Below, in pieces: positions 34,155 to 42,779 of a stretch of DNA of 64,000 bases (positions are counted from its first letter, which is position 1; every line of letters begins with the position of its first letter). Under the pieces are notes generated by a model that was given only the letters and a program-made list of their open reading frames with translations, did no database searches and was not told where the DNA came from. A program made the translations under genes and the position numbers. Where the stretch lies: assembly GCA_017551515.1 (NCBI GenBank), contig JAFZLK010000106.1, forward strand, positions 7,723 to 71,722. Reading direction: 5' to 3'. The DNA is from Bacteroidales bacterium. GTDB lineage: Bacteria > Bacteroidota > Bacteroidia > Bacteroidales > ML635J-15.

Positions 34155-34705
34155 TGATACAACACAGAGTTTATATATCACCAGACAAAGTTATCGTCGA
34201 TGGCAAAGCATTGGAACTTACAGAAAAAGGCTCTGCCCTACTGACTCAGATTTACCGTAGCTACATTGGCGACTATCCGAAGTTTTTCAAAATGGACACT
34301 TTGTGCAAATTGGGCTTTGTCGCATCAGAATTGCTGCTCAATGCCGAAGGCACCAGAAATTTCGAGCCTAGAGAAGACCGCGCAGTTATCCTTTTCAACA
34401 GAAACGCATCGCTACAAGCCGACACAAACTACCAATCCACAATACAGGAAGCAGAAAATTTCTTCCCAAGTCCAGCGGCATTCGTTTACACACTGCCAAA
34501 CATTGTGACTGGCGAAATTGCAATCCGAAACAAGTATTATGGAGAAACTTCATTCATCGTAATTGAAGAAAACGATGAAAAAATAATAGAACAAAACCTG
34601 TCGGTTGCATTCCAAGACACTGATACAAAAAGCATAATCGGTGGTTGGCTCGACTGTACCGACGAAGAACATTTTGAAGCGAATATATTTTTAATGGAAA
34701 AATAA
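34151..34705 (+). CDS. KS-N-terminal-like protein without catalytic residues
   Basis: 184 aa. SPAAFVYTLPNIVTGEIAIRNKYYGE resembles the substrate-tunnel region of ketosynthases, but there is no active-site Cys or His. Confidence 0.55.
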   Translation: MMIQHRVYISPDKVIVDGKALELTEKGSALLTQIYRSYIGDYPKFFKMDTLCKLGFVASELLLNAEGTRNFEPREDRAVILFNRNASLQADTNYQSTIQEAENFFPSPAAFVYTLPNIVTGEIAIRNKYYGETSFIVIEENDEKIIEQNLSVAFQDTDTKSIIGGWLDCTDEEHFEANIFLMEK

Positions 34706-34718
34706 ATTAATAAAAGTT

Positions 34719-34976
34719 ATGGACGAATTGATTTACAAACTGAAACAGGAAATTATCGAAGCATTGAACCTCGAAGACATGACTCCAGAAGACATTGATG
34801 AAAACGCATCTCTGTTTGGCGAAGGTCTTGGACTTGACTCAATTGATGCACTCGAACTCATAGTGTTGATGGAAAAGAACTATGGCATAAAGCTGCAGGA
34901 TCCGAATCAGGGCAAGGAAATTTTCAAGTCTGTAAAGGTGATGGCTGAGTTCATCCAAAAGAACAGGACAAAATAA
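34719..34976 (+). CDS. acyl carrier protein 2
   Basis: 85 aa with the GLGLDSIDALELI motif. Confidence 0.85.
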   Translation: MDELIYKLKQEIIEALNLEDMTPEDIDENASLFGEGLGLDSIDALELIVLMEKNYGIKLQDPNQGKEIFKSVKVMAEFIQKNRTK

Positions 34977-36176
34977 ATGACTGCACCTATTTACATAACA
35001 GGCTGCGGCGTAGTTTCGGCAATCGGACTAAACCAAAAGGAATCTTTGGAAGCCTTGTTGGGCGAACGCTCTGGTGTAGGTCAACTTACTTATCTGAAGA
35101 CCGAGCACAAGGAGTTTCCTGTTGGCGAGGTCAAACTGTCGGATGCCGAGATGCGCAATCGTTTGGGAATTGGCGACAAGTCCATAACAACGCGCACAGC
35201 GCTTATGGGTATGCTTGCTCTTGACGAAGCGCTGAAACAAGCATTCATTACGCCAGAAATGCTCCATGAAATCGGTTTTATTTCAGGAACTACTGTTGGT
35301 GGGATGGACATGAGCGAGCAATTCTACCTCGACTACATAAGCTACGATGCCCATAAGGAATACATTTCTGTTCACGACTGTGGAAACTGTTCGGAAATGA
35401 CAGCCAAACATTTCGGCGACTTTGCATTTGTAACAACGCTTTCCACGGCTTGTTCATCAGCAGCAAACGCAATCATACTGGGTGCCAACATGATACGCTG
35501 TGGTGAGGCTGACATTGTGATAGTAGGCGGTAGCGAGTGCATAACAAAGTTCCATCTCAATGGTTTCAACTCGCTTATGATTCTCGACACAAAGCCGTGC
35601 CGTCCATTTGATGCAACCCGAAACGGACTGAATCTCGGTGAAGGTGCAGCCTACTTGGTTCTTGAATCGGAAAAAAGCGCCAAGAAACGCAATGCAAAAA
35701 TACAAGCCGTTCTTTCTGGCTACGGCAATGCCTGCGATGCTTTCCACCAGACAGCCTCATCGCCAGACGGCGAAGGCGCATACAGAGCAATGAAGGAAGC
35801 CCTAGAAATGGCTGGTGTAAAAACGACCGAAGTTGACTACATAAACGCTCACGGAACAGGAACTCCCAACAACGATGCTAGCGAAAGCCAGGCAATGAAA
35901 CGATTGTTCGGAGATAACGTTCCCCCTGCCTCATCGACAAAACCATTTACAGGTCACACCACAAGCGCATCGGGTTCAATAGAAGCCGTATTCTGCATTC
36001 TTGCATTGCAAAACGGATTTCTGCCAGTCAACCTGAACTTTTCACAACCAATGGAAGACGGCATAGTACCTGTTCACCAGTCGACTAAAAAAGACTTAAA
36101 GCACATTCTATGCAATGCATTCGGCTTTGGAGGCAACGATTCTTCATTATTACTTTCAAAATTTGAGCAAAAATGA
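34977..36176 (+). CDS. beta-ketoacyl-ACP synthase II-like (ApeO-like)
   Basis: STACSSAAN, NAHGTGTP and TGHTTSASG give Cys-His-His. Confidence 0.85.
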   Translation: MTAPIYITGCGVVSAIGLNQKESLEALLGERSGVGQLTYLKTEHKEFPVGEVKLSDAEMRNRLGIGDKSITTRTALMGMLALDEALKQAFITPEMLHEIGFISGTTVGGMDMSEQFYLDYISYDAHKEYISVHDCGNCSEMTAKHFGDFAFVTTLSTACSSAANAIILGANMIRCGEADIVIVGGSECITKFHLNGFNSLMILDTKPCRPFDATRNGLNLGEGAAYLVLESEKSAKKRNAKIQAVLSGYGNACDAFHQTASSPDGEGAYRAMKEALEMAGVKTTEVDYINAHGTGTPNNDASESQAMKRLFGDNVPPASSTKPFTGHTTSASGSIEAVFCILALQNGFLPVNLNFSQPMEDGIVPVHQSTKKDLKHILCNAFGFGGNDSSLLLSKFEQK

Positions 36177-37201
36177 CGAACAAAGAGATATATGTACTTT
36201 CTGCAAAGCAGATTTCGATACAGCAGCCACTGAGCGAGGAGTGGATGACCAATCCCACTTTGTATGATGTGCCCTTCTGCCGTTCAATAGACCCAAGTTT
36301 CAAGGAATACGTATCCCCTATCGAAGCACGACGCATGGGAAAAATTCTAAAGCGTGCACTTGCAACGTCGAAAGAAGCGCTGAAGGCATCAGGACTTGAA
36401 ACTGTTGATGCAATAGTCACAGGAACCGGCTACGGATGCATCGAAAACACTGAATTTTTCCTTGATGCCCTTTCAAAAGAGGGAGAACAACTGCTGAAAC
36501 CGACATATTTCATGCAATCGACTCACAACACAATAAGTTCGTTGGTTGCAATACAAACAAAAAATCACGGTTACAACGCAACATACGCACACAAAGGCAT
36601 CTCATTCGACAGCGCACTTTACGACGCATATCTGCAATTCCGCCTCAACAAAATAAGTTCGGCTTTAGTCGGTGGTCACGACGAGATGACCGAAACCTTT
36701 TATCAGATTCTGAAAAAAGGCGGTGTAATGGGTTTCGACAACGAAATTTGTGGAGAGGCCGCCGTTTCTGTGGTTCTGTCCGAGAAGCATGAAAATGCAA
36801 TGTGCAAACTTTCTGGTCACAAAATAATACATCAGCAAGGAATTGACTCGTTGAAGGAAAAAGTTGCAAAATTTCTTCAGGAAAATGGCAAAACATATTC
36901 CGACATCGACTTCGTACTCACTGGCATCAGTGGCTACAAGGCAAACGATGAAGCATACATGTCAGAAACAAAAGCACTCTTTGGCGATAGACCCTTGCTT
37001 AAATACAAAAATCTGTTCGGAGATAGTTTTACTGCTTCTGGAATCGGATTTTATGTCGCAACGCAATGCCTGAAATCGGGTTTCGTACCTCGTAACTTGT
37101 TCGTAAACGAAAAGGATATTACTGACAAGAAACCAAACAACATTTTAATTTTCAACCGTTCCGATGGAACGAACTATTCATTAACGCTATTGGAGAAATA
37201 A
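36173..37201 (+). CDS. ketosynthase partner lacking the active-site Cys (chain-length-factor / ApeC-like)
   Basis: MQSTHNTISS replaces the AC(A/S)SG nucleophile region. ATGA overlap with the preceding KS gene. Confidence 0.7.
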   Translation: MTNKEIYVLSAKQISIQQPLSEEWMTNPTLYDVPFCRSIDPSFKEYVSPIEARRMGKILKRALATSKEALKASGLETVDAIVTGTGYGCIENTEFFLDALSKEGEQLLKPTYFMQSTHNTISSLVAIQTKNHGYNATYAHKGISFDSALYDAYLQFRLNKISSALVGGHDEMTETFYQILKKGGVMGFDNEICGEAAVSVVLSEKHENAMCKLSGHKIIHQQGIDSLKEKVAKFLQENGKTYSDIDFVLTGISGYKANDEAYMSETKALFGDRPLLKYKNLFGDSFTASGIGFYVATQCLKSGFVPRNLFVNEKDITDKKPNNILIFNRSDGTNYSLTLLEK

Positions 37202-37203
37202 CC

Positions 37204-37557
37204 GTGTGGAAGATTTTTGGATTAGTATCACTGCAAACATTTTTCCTCGCAGGAGGACAGGTTCTGCTTAAACTTGGCTTGGAAAAGTTAGGCAAATTCG
37301 AGTGGTCGTGGGCATACTTCAAGACAGTACTGACAGACTGGTGGCTACTTGCATGTGGTGTTAGCTTCGGACTTGCAACCGTACTATGGTTTTTTATTCT
37401 GAAAAAATTTCCATTCAGCCAAGCCTACCCACTGACAAGTTTATCGTTCGTATTCGGAATGTTGGCCGCATGGTTAGTTTTTGGTGAAAGTATTCCTTTT
37501 TCACGATGGATTGGCTTGATTCTTGTCGTATCTGGTTGTTTCTTAATTTTAAAATGA
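37204..37557 (+). CDS. small EamA/SMR-like membrane protein
   Basis: 117 aa with four hydrophobic spans. GTG start 2 nt after the previous stop. Confidence 0.55.
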   Translation: MWKIFGLVSLQTFFLAGGQVLLKLGLEKLGKFEWSWAYFKTVLTDWWLLACGVSFGLATVLWFFILKKFPFSQAYPLTSLSFVFGMLAAWLVFGESIPFSRWIGLILVVSGCFLILK

Positions 37558-37558
37558 G

Positions 37559-38158
37559 ATGAAAAAGATATTTATAATTATAACCGCCTTAGTCGCAAGC
37601 ATTTTCAGTTTCGCGCAATCGAACGACGAAATAATGGCGAAGTTGACACAAGCCGCCGCTTCGATGAAATCGATGCAATGCAACTTCACGCAGAACAAAA
37701 CAATGTCAATGCTTGCAGAACCTACAATTTCCAAAGGTAGAATGTGCTATGTTTCACCCGACAAGATGAAATGGGAATACACCGACTCTTACCCTTTTGC
37801 AATCAAAGTTGACGGAGAAAAAATGACAAAGATTGCCAATGGAAAAGAGGAAATTCTTGATACAAAAAACAGAATGTACCAAGGCATGATGAAGATTATC
37901 ATGAGCAGTGCGACGGGCAAAAATCTGTTCGACAAGTCAGCATTCGACGTTACAATTTCCGATGACGGCAACTTCTGGCGTGCCGACATGAAACCGAAAA
38001 AGAGCGACATGAAACGAATGTTCAGCACAATGACTTTCTATTTCGAAAAGAAAAGGGACATCATCAACAAGGTTGTCCTTACCGAAGCCAACGGCGACAA
38101 CACAACAATACAGTTTACCGATATAATACTGAACGCGAACACTGAATCATGCAAATGA
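37559..38158 (+). CDS. LolA-like outer-membrane lipoprotein carrier protein (ApeL-like)
   Basis: Signal peptide. F.Q......L......G.........KMKWEY pattern. 199 aa. Confidence 0.7.
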   Translation: MKKIFIIITALVASIFSFAQSNDEIMAKLTQAAASMKSMQCNFTQNKTMSMLAEPTISKGRMCYVSPDKMKWEYTDSYPFAIKVDGEKMTKIANGKEEILDTKNRMYQGMMKIIMSSATGKNLFDKSAFDVTISDDGNFWRADMKPKKSDMKRMFSTMTFYFEKKRDIINKVVLTEANGDNTTIQFTDIILNANTESCK

Positions 38159-38526
38159 CAGACACCCTATATACAACCATCAATGTCGAAGACAACGAAA
38201 ACGGATTTGTAGCTGAAATAGAAACAAATCCGTCTCACATAATATACAAGGCACATTTTCCGGGAAATCCAATCACACCAGGCGTGTGCATCATAAAGAC
38301 CGCAGGAGAACTTCTCGAAAACAAAATTAACCGCAAATTGTGGCTCAAAACCGTTAAGAATGTAAAATTTCTATCGGTAATCATTCCTGCAGAAGGCAAA
38401 AGAATCAAATACACATTCTCAAACTTCAAGGAAGAAGATAACGACTGCAAGGTGCAGGTTTTAGTGAACGACGAAACAACAATTTACGCCAAAATATCAC
38501 TAACATTCAGCTATGAAAGAATCTGA
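38149..38526 (+). CDS. FabZ-like hotdog dehydratase (ApeP-like)
   Basis: HFPGNPITPGVCIIKTAGEL catalytic-His motif. 125 aa. Confidence 0.75.
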   Translation: MQMTDTLYTTINVEDNENGFVAEIETNPSHIIYKAHFPGNPITPGVCIIKTAGELLENKINRKLWLKTVKNVKFLSVIIPAEGKRIKYTFSNFKEEDNDCKVQVLVNDETTIYAKISLTFSYERI

Positions 38527-39262
38527 GGTATTGAAACTGTGCGTAATAATGCCGACCTACAACAACGGCGGAACTCTGCGAAATGTCGCGGAACGCGTGT
38601 TGGAGTTTACAAATGACTTAATCATTGTAAACGACGGCTGCACAGACAATACACCAGAAATTTTAGCAGATTTTGGCGACAAAATCACTGTCGTGGATTA
38701 CGGGAAAAACCGTGGCAAAGGCTACGCCTTGAAAAAAGGTTTCGAAAAAGCCAGAGAACTCGGTTTCGACTACGCAATTACCATCGACTCCGACGGTCAG
38801 CATTTTCCAGAAGATATTCCCTTGTTTATTGATGCAATAAAGCAAAAAAGAAATGCATTAATTGTTGGAAGCAGAAATCTGAAGCAAGAAAACATGCCTG
38901 GCGGAAACACTTTTGCAAACAAGTTCTCGAACTTCTGGTTCAGAGTTCAAACTGGCATCAATTTACCCGACACGCAGACTGGCTACAGGCTTTATCCTCT
39001 AAAAAATATGCCAAGCCTTTGTATGCTTACATCACGCTACGAAGCAGAATTGGAGTTACTTGTTTTCTCTGCATGGCGCAACATACCGCTGATTCCCATA
39101 AAGATAAATGTATTCTACCCCAAAGCCGAAGAACGCATTTCGCATTTCAGACCTTTCTGGGACTTCTTCAGAATCAGTGTACTGAACACTATATTATGCT
39201 TTGTGGCTATTTTCTACGGATGGCCGTCACGACTAATAAGGAAATGGAGGTCGCATGAATAG
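38513..39262 (+). CDS. family 2 glycosyltransferase
   Basis: VIMPTYNNGGTL and DSDGQH (DxD), with a C-terminal TM segment. Confidence 0.8.
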   Translation: MKESEVLKLCVIMPTYNNGGTLRNVAERVLEFTNDLIIVNDGCTDNTPEILADFGDKITVVDYGKNRGKGYALKKGFEKARELGFDYAITIDSDGQHFPEDIPLFIDAIKQKRNALIVGSRNLKQENMPGGNTFANKFSNFWFRVQTGINLPDTQTGYRLYPLKNMPSLCMLTSRYEAELELLVFSAWRNIPLIPIKINVFYPKAEERISHFRPFWDFFRISVLNTILCFVAIFYGWPSRLIRKWRSHE

Positions 39263-42200
39263 ATTTTTCCTTTCAATATACGACTACCTGTCAAAGCGCA
39301 AAGTCCTTTCAATAATCATATTATTGACAATCACCGCTTTGTGCGTACTTTCCGCATTGCAACTCGACTACAAGGAAAACATTGCCGATTTTCTGCCTAC
39401 CGACCCCGAAAAGGAAAAATACACATCGGTTTATAACGACCTTAGCAACCAAGGGCAAATAACTGTAATCTTCTCATCAGACGATACCGACGAACTGATG
39501 TCGGCAATTGACGACTTTGAAACAAACTGGGAGGAGGCCGACACCGCACATTTGGTTACCGATTTAAGATGCAAGATTGACGACGGACAAGTTTTCGATG
39601 CGATTGATTTCATACGCGAGAACCAACCATTGTTCCTTACCGAAAACGATTACCAGCGAATGGACTCGCTACTTGCCGACTCCAGCCATGTAGCAACCTG
39701 TCTGCAAAACATCAAGCGATTGCTATCGTTCCCGACTGCAAGTTTCGTCGTGGAAGGAATAAAAGCCGACCCGCTAAACCTATATTCTCCAACCTTACAA
39801 CGACTGACGGCTCTGAATGCTACCGAAGGTTTTGTAATAAACGACGAATACCTGATGAACGAAAGCGGAGACAAGGCTTTTGCATTTCTCTCCTCTCCTT
39901 TTGCCGGTAGCGACACAAAAAACAACGCCACACTGGTCGAACTGATAAACAATGTCATTGATACCACGACAAAAAGCCATCAAGGAGTAAAGATTTCGGC
40001 TGTTGGAGCTCCAACCATAGCAGTCACCAACGCCCAGCAAATAAAAAACGATAGTTTTCTATCCATCGCACTTGCCTTGGTTCTGATTTTCGGCATACTG
40101 ATGTTCACAATGGCAAGGAAAAGAAACCTGATATGGCTTGGCATATCGATTCTTTTCGGATGGATTTTCGCATTGGCAATCATAGCATTATTCAAAACAA
40201 GCATATCGATAATTGTCATCGGCATCGGTTCGGTAATATTGGGCATTGCAGTAAACTATCCGCTACACTATCTCGACCACATCAAGCAGCAACCCGACAA
40301 GCGCGAAGCCCTGAAAGATGTTATCCAACCGCTTGTCATTGGAAACATCACAACCGTTGCTGCATTCGCATGCTTGATATTCGTAAAAGCCGAAGCTATG
40401 CACGACCTTGGTCTTTTCGGAGCGCTTATGCTTATCGGCACGATACTTTTCGTAATGGTTTTCCTGCCATTGCTGGCCGTTGTACCGAAAAAGAAACACA
40501 AACTTTTCGTCGATAGCGGAAAAGAGCCTAACGAAAAATGGAGAAAGGCAAAGATTTACGCATTCTGGCCTTTGGTAATCGTAACCATCATTCTCGGCTA
40601 CTACAGCCAAGAGACAACCTTCGATTCAGACCTACACAACATCAACTACATGACAGAGCAACAAAAGGAAGACATTGCCCTGCTCAACGAGTCGATGCAA
40701 AAGGAAGGCAAAACTGACCTTATATATGTAGTCTCGGAAGGCAGCGACCTGCAACAAGCTCTGCAACAAAATGAAAAAATAATTAGCAACCTGAAAAAAT
40801 CTATTCCGCAGAATGTAAATGTAAGCATCTCGGGACCAGACGGACTTTTGCCTTCGACAGAGAGCCAAACCGAATCGCTAAAAAGATGGAATGAATTCTG
40901 GAGCAAGCACACCGACATAGCCAACGAAATAAAAAAAGAAGCCATAGCGAACGGATTTACTACCAGTGCATTCGCACCATTTACCGACAATCTCGAAAAG
41001 CAATACGATACAAAGTCGCAAAGCGAAATGCTACCGCTACTTGAACTATGCAAAACTTATACCTTACAACACGATTCATTAACTCGCGTTGTAAACTTTG
41101 TGCGTGTACCTGCAGAGTTTTCCGACACTTTGAAACAACAGCTTCGTCAGACATTACCTGACAATGGATTTGCATTCAGCATGTCGGACATTGGAAGCAA
41201 TCTGGTAACAGTTTTATCCGAAGATTTCGACTACATACTATATGTATGCAGTATAGTCGTATTTTTCTTCCTTTGCATCTCGTTCGGACGACTTGAATTG
41301 TCGATACTCGCCTTCCTGCCGCTTACCATCGGCTGGGCATGGATATTGGGCTTGATGTACTTCTTCGGAATAAAATTCAACATCGTAAACATAATTCTTG
41401 CGACATTCATATTCGGACAAGGCGACGACTACACCATTTTCATAACCGAAGGTCTTCTGTATGAATACGCGTATGGCAAAAAGATGCTCAAAAACTATCG
41501 CAACAGCGTTATTCTATCTGGAGTTCTGATGTTTATCGGCATTGGAACGCTGATTTTTGCAAAGCATCCTGCCATGAAGTCACTCGCCGAAGTCGCAATA
41601 GTAGGCATGATGACAGTTGTTTTGATGGCATGCTACCTACCGCCTGTCATTTTCAACTGGCTAACAAAGAAGAATGGACAACTTCGCGATGTACCGGTAA
41701 CATTCAAGCGACTTTTGTACACATTTGTATCGCTTCTTGTATTTTTCTTATCGGCATTTGTACTAGTAACGCCATTTACACTGATATACAAGCTTATCGG
41801 TCGTGATAGCGAACGCAAACGACTATGGTATCACAAACTTATAGTTGTTTTCAACAGATTTGCGATTCTTCGTCTGCCAGGTGTAAAATATTCACTTGAT
41901 AATCCTTACGGAGAAGACTTTGAAAAGCCGGCAGTCATCATTGCCAACCACCAGTCGCACCTTGACTTGTCGTGTATAATGATGCAGTCGCACAAGATAG
42001 TAATACTTACCAACGACTGGGTATGGAAAGACCCAATATACGGACTTATTATAAGATATGCTGAATTTTATCCAGTATCGGATGGATACGACAAAAATAT
42101 TGAACGCCTTAAAAACCTTGTCGCCAGAGGATATTCGGTTGTAATTTTTCCCGAGGGCACACGTTCTGTTACGGGAGAAATCATGCGATTCCACAAGGGC

Positions 42201-42779
42201 GCATTCCAACTCGCACAATCGCTCAACATCGACATTCTGCCTATATTCATACACGGAGCCAACCATGCAATGCCCAAAAATGACATAATCCTACGCGAAG
42301 GCGCACTTCATGTTGAAATAGGACAAAGGTATTCGGCAGAAAAAGTGCAAGCGGTTACCGCACGAGAGCTGACCTCTTACTTCCACAAATACTATATAGA
42401 ACATTTCGAAGAAATACGCAACAAGTGCGAAGACACCGAATATGTCTCGAAATATGTACGATACAAATATATCTACAAGGGCAACGATGTGGAACGCACA
42501 AGCCGTGCAAACATTAAGAAAATAAAGGCACATTCGGAAGAAATCAACACTTTGCAAAACAATAGCATAACAATAAGGAACAGCGGATTCGGAGAACTAG
42601 CATGGACAATTGCTCTCGTTCACAGGCAGACACAAGTTTATGCCTTGGAAACCGATATGGACAAGTTCCTGATAGCTTCGCATTGCACCTGCATTCCACA
42701 GAACCTTCACTTCATCAACGATGAAAACGAATTACCATCCTGCGAACTAACAATTGACTGCCAAACGTTTCTGAAATGA
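39255..42779 (+). CDS. fusion protein: MMPL/RND-like exporter + PlsC-type acyltransferase + uncharacterised C-terminal region
   Basis: 1174 aa with two blocks of 5-6 TM helices separated by soluble domains. NHQSHLD (HX4D, about nt 41944-41970) and FPEGTRS (about nt 42147-42167) are followed by about 160 aa with no motif I can name. Confidence 0.75.
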   Translation: MNRFFLSIYDYLSKRKVLSIIILLTITALCVLSALQLDYKENIADFLPTDPEKEKYTSVYNDLSNQGQITVIFSSDDTDELMSAIDDFETNWEEADTAHLVTDLRCKIDDGQVFDAIDFIRENQPLFLTENDYQRMDSLLADSSHVATCLQNIKRLLSFPTASFVVEGIKADPLNLYSPTLQRLTALNATEGFVINDEYLMNESGDKAFAFLSSPFAGSDTKNNATLVELINNVIDTTTKSHQGVKISAVGAPTIAVTNAQQIKNDSFLSIALALVLIFGILMFTMARKRNLIWLGISILFGWIFALAIIALFKTSISIIVIGIGSVILGIAVNYPLHYLDHIKQQPDKREALKDVIQPLVIGNITTVAAFACLIFVKAEAMHDLGLFGALMLIGTILFVMVFLPLLAVVPKKKHKLFVDSGKEPNEKWRKAKIYAFWPLVIVTIILGYYSQETTFDSDLHNINYMTEQQKEDIALLNESMQKEGKTDLIYVVSEGSDLQQALQQNEKIISNLKKSIPQNVNVSISGPDGLLPSTESQTESLKRWNEFWSKHTDIANEIKKEAIANGFTTSAFAPFTDNLEKQYDTKSQSEMLPLLELCKTYTLQHDSLTRVVNFVRVPAEFSDTLKQQLRQTLPDNGFAFSMSDIGSNLVTVLSEDFDYILYVCSIVVFFFLCISFGRLELSILAFLPLTIGWAWILGLMYFFGIKFNIVNIILATFIFGQGDDYTIFITEGLLYEYAYGKKMLKNYRNSVILSGVLMFIGIGTLIFAKHPAMKSLAEVAIVGMMTVVLMACYLPPVIFNWLTKKNGQLRDVPVTFKRLLYTFVSLLVFFLSAFVLVTPFTLIYKLIGRDSERKRLWYHKLIVVFNRFAILRLPGVKYSLDNPYGEDFEKPAVIIANHQSHLDLSCIMMQSHKIVILTNDWVWKDPIYGLIIRYAEFYPVSDGYDKNIERLKNLVARGYSVVIFPEGTRSVTGEIMRFHKGAFQLAQSLNIDILPIFIHGANHAMPKNDIILREGALHVEIGQRYSAEKVQAVTARELTSYFHKYYIEHFEEIRNKCEDTEYVSKYVRYKYIYKGNDVERTSRANIKKIKAHSEEINTLQNNSITIRNSGFGELAWTIALVHRQTQVYALETDMDKFLIASHCTCIPQNLHFINDENELPSCELTIDCQTFLK

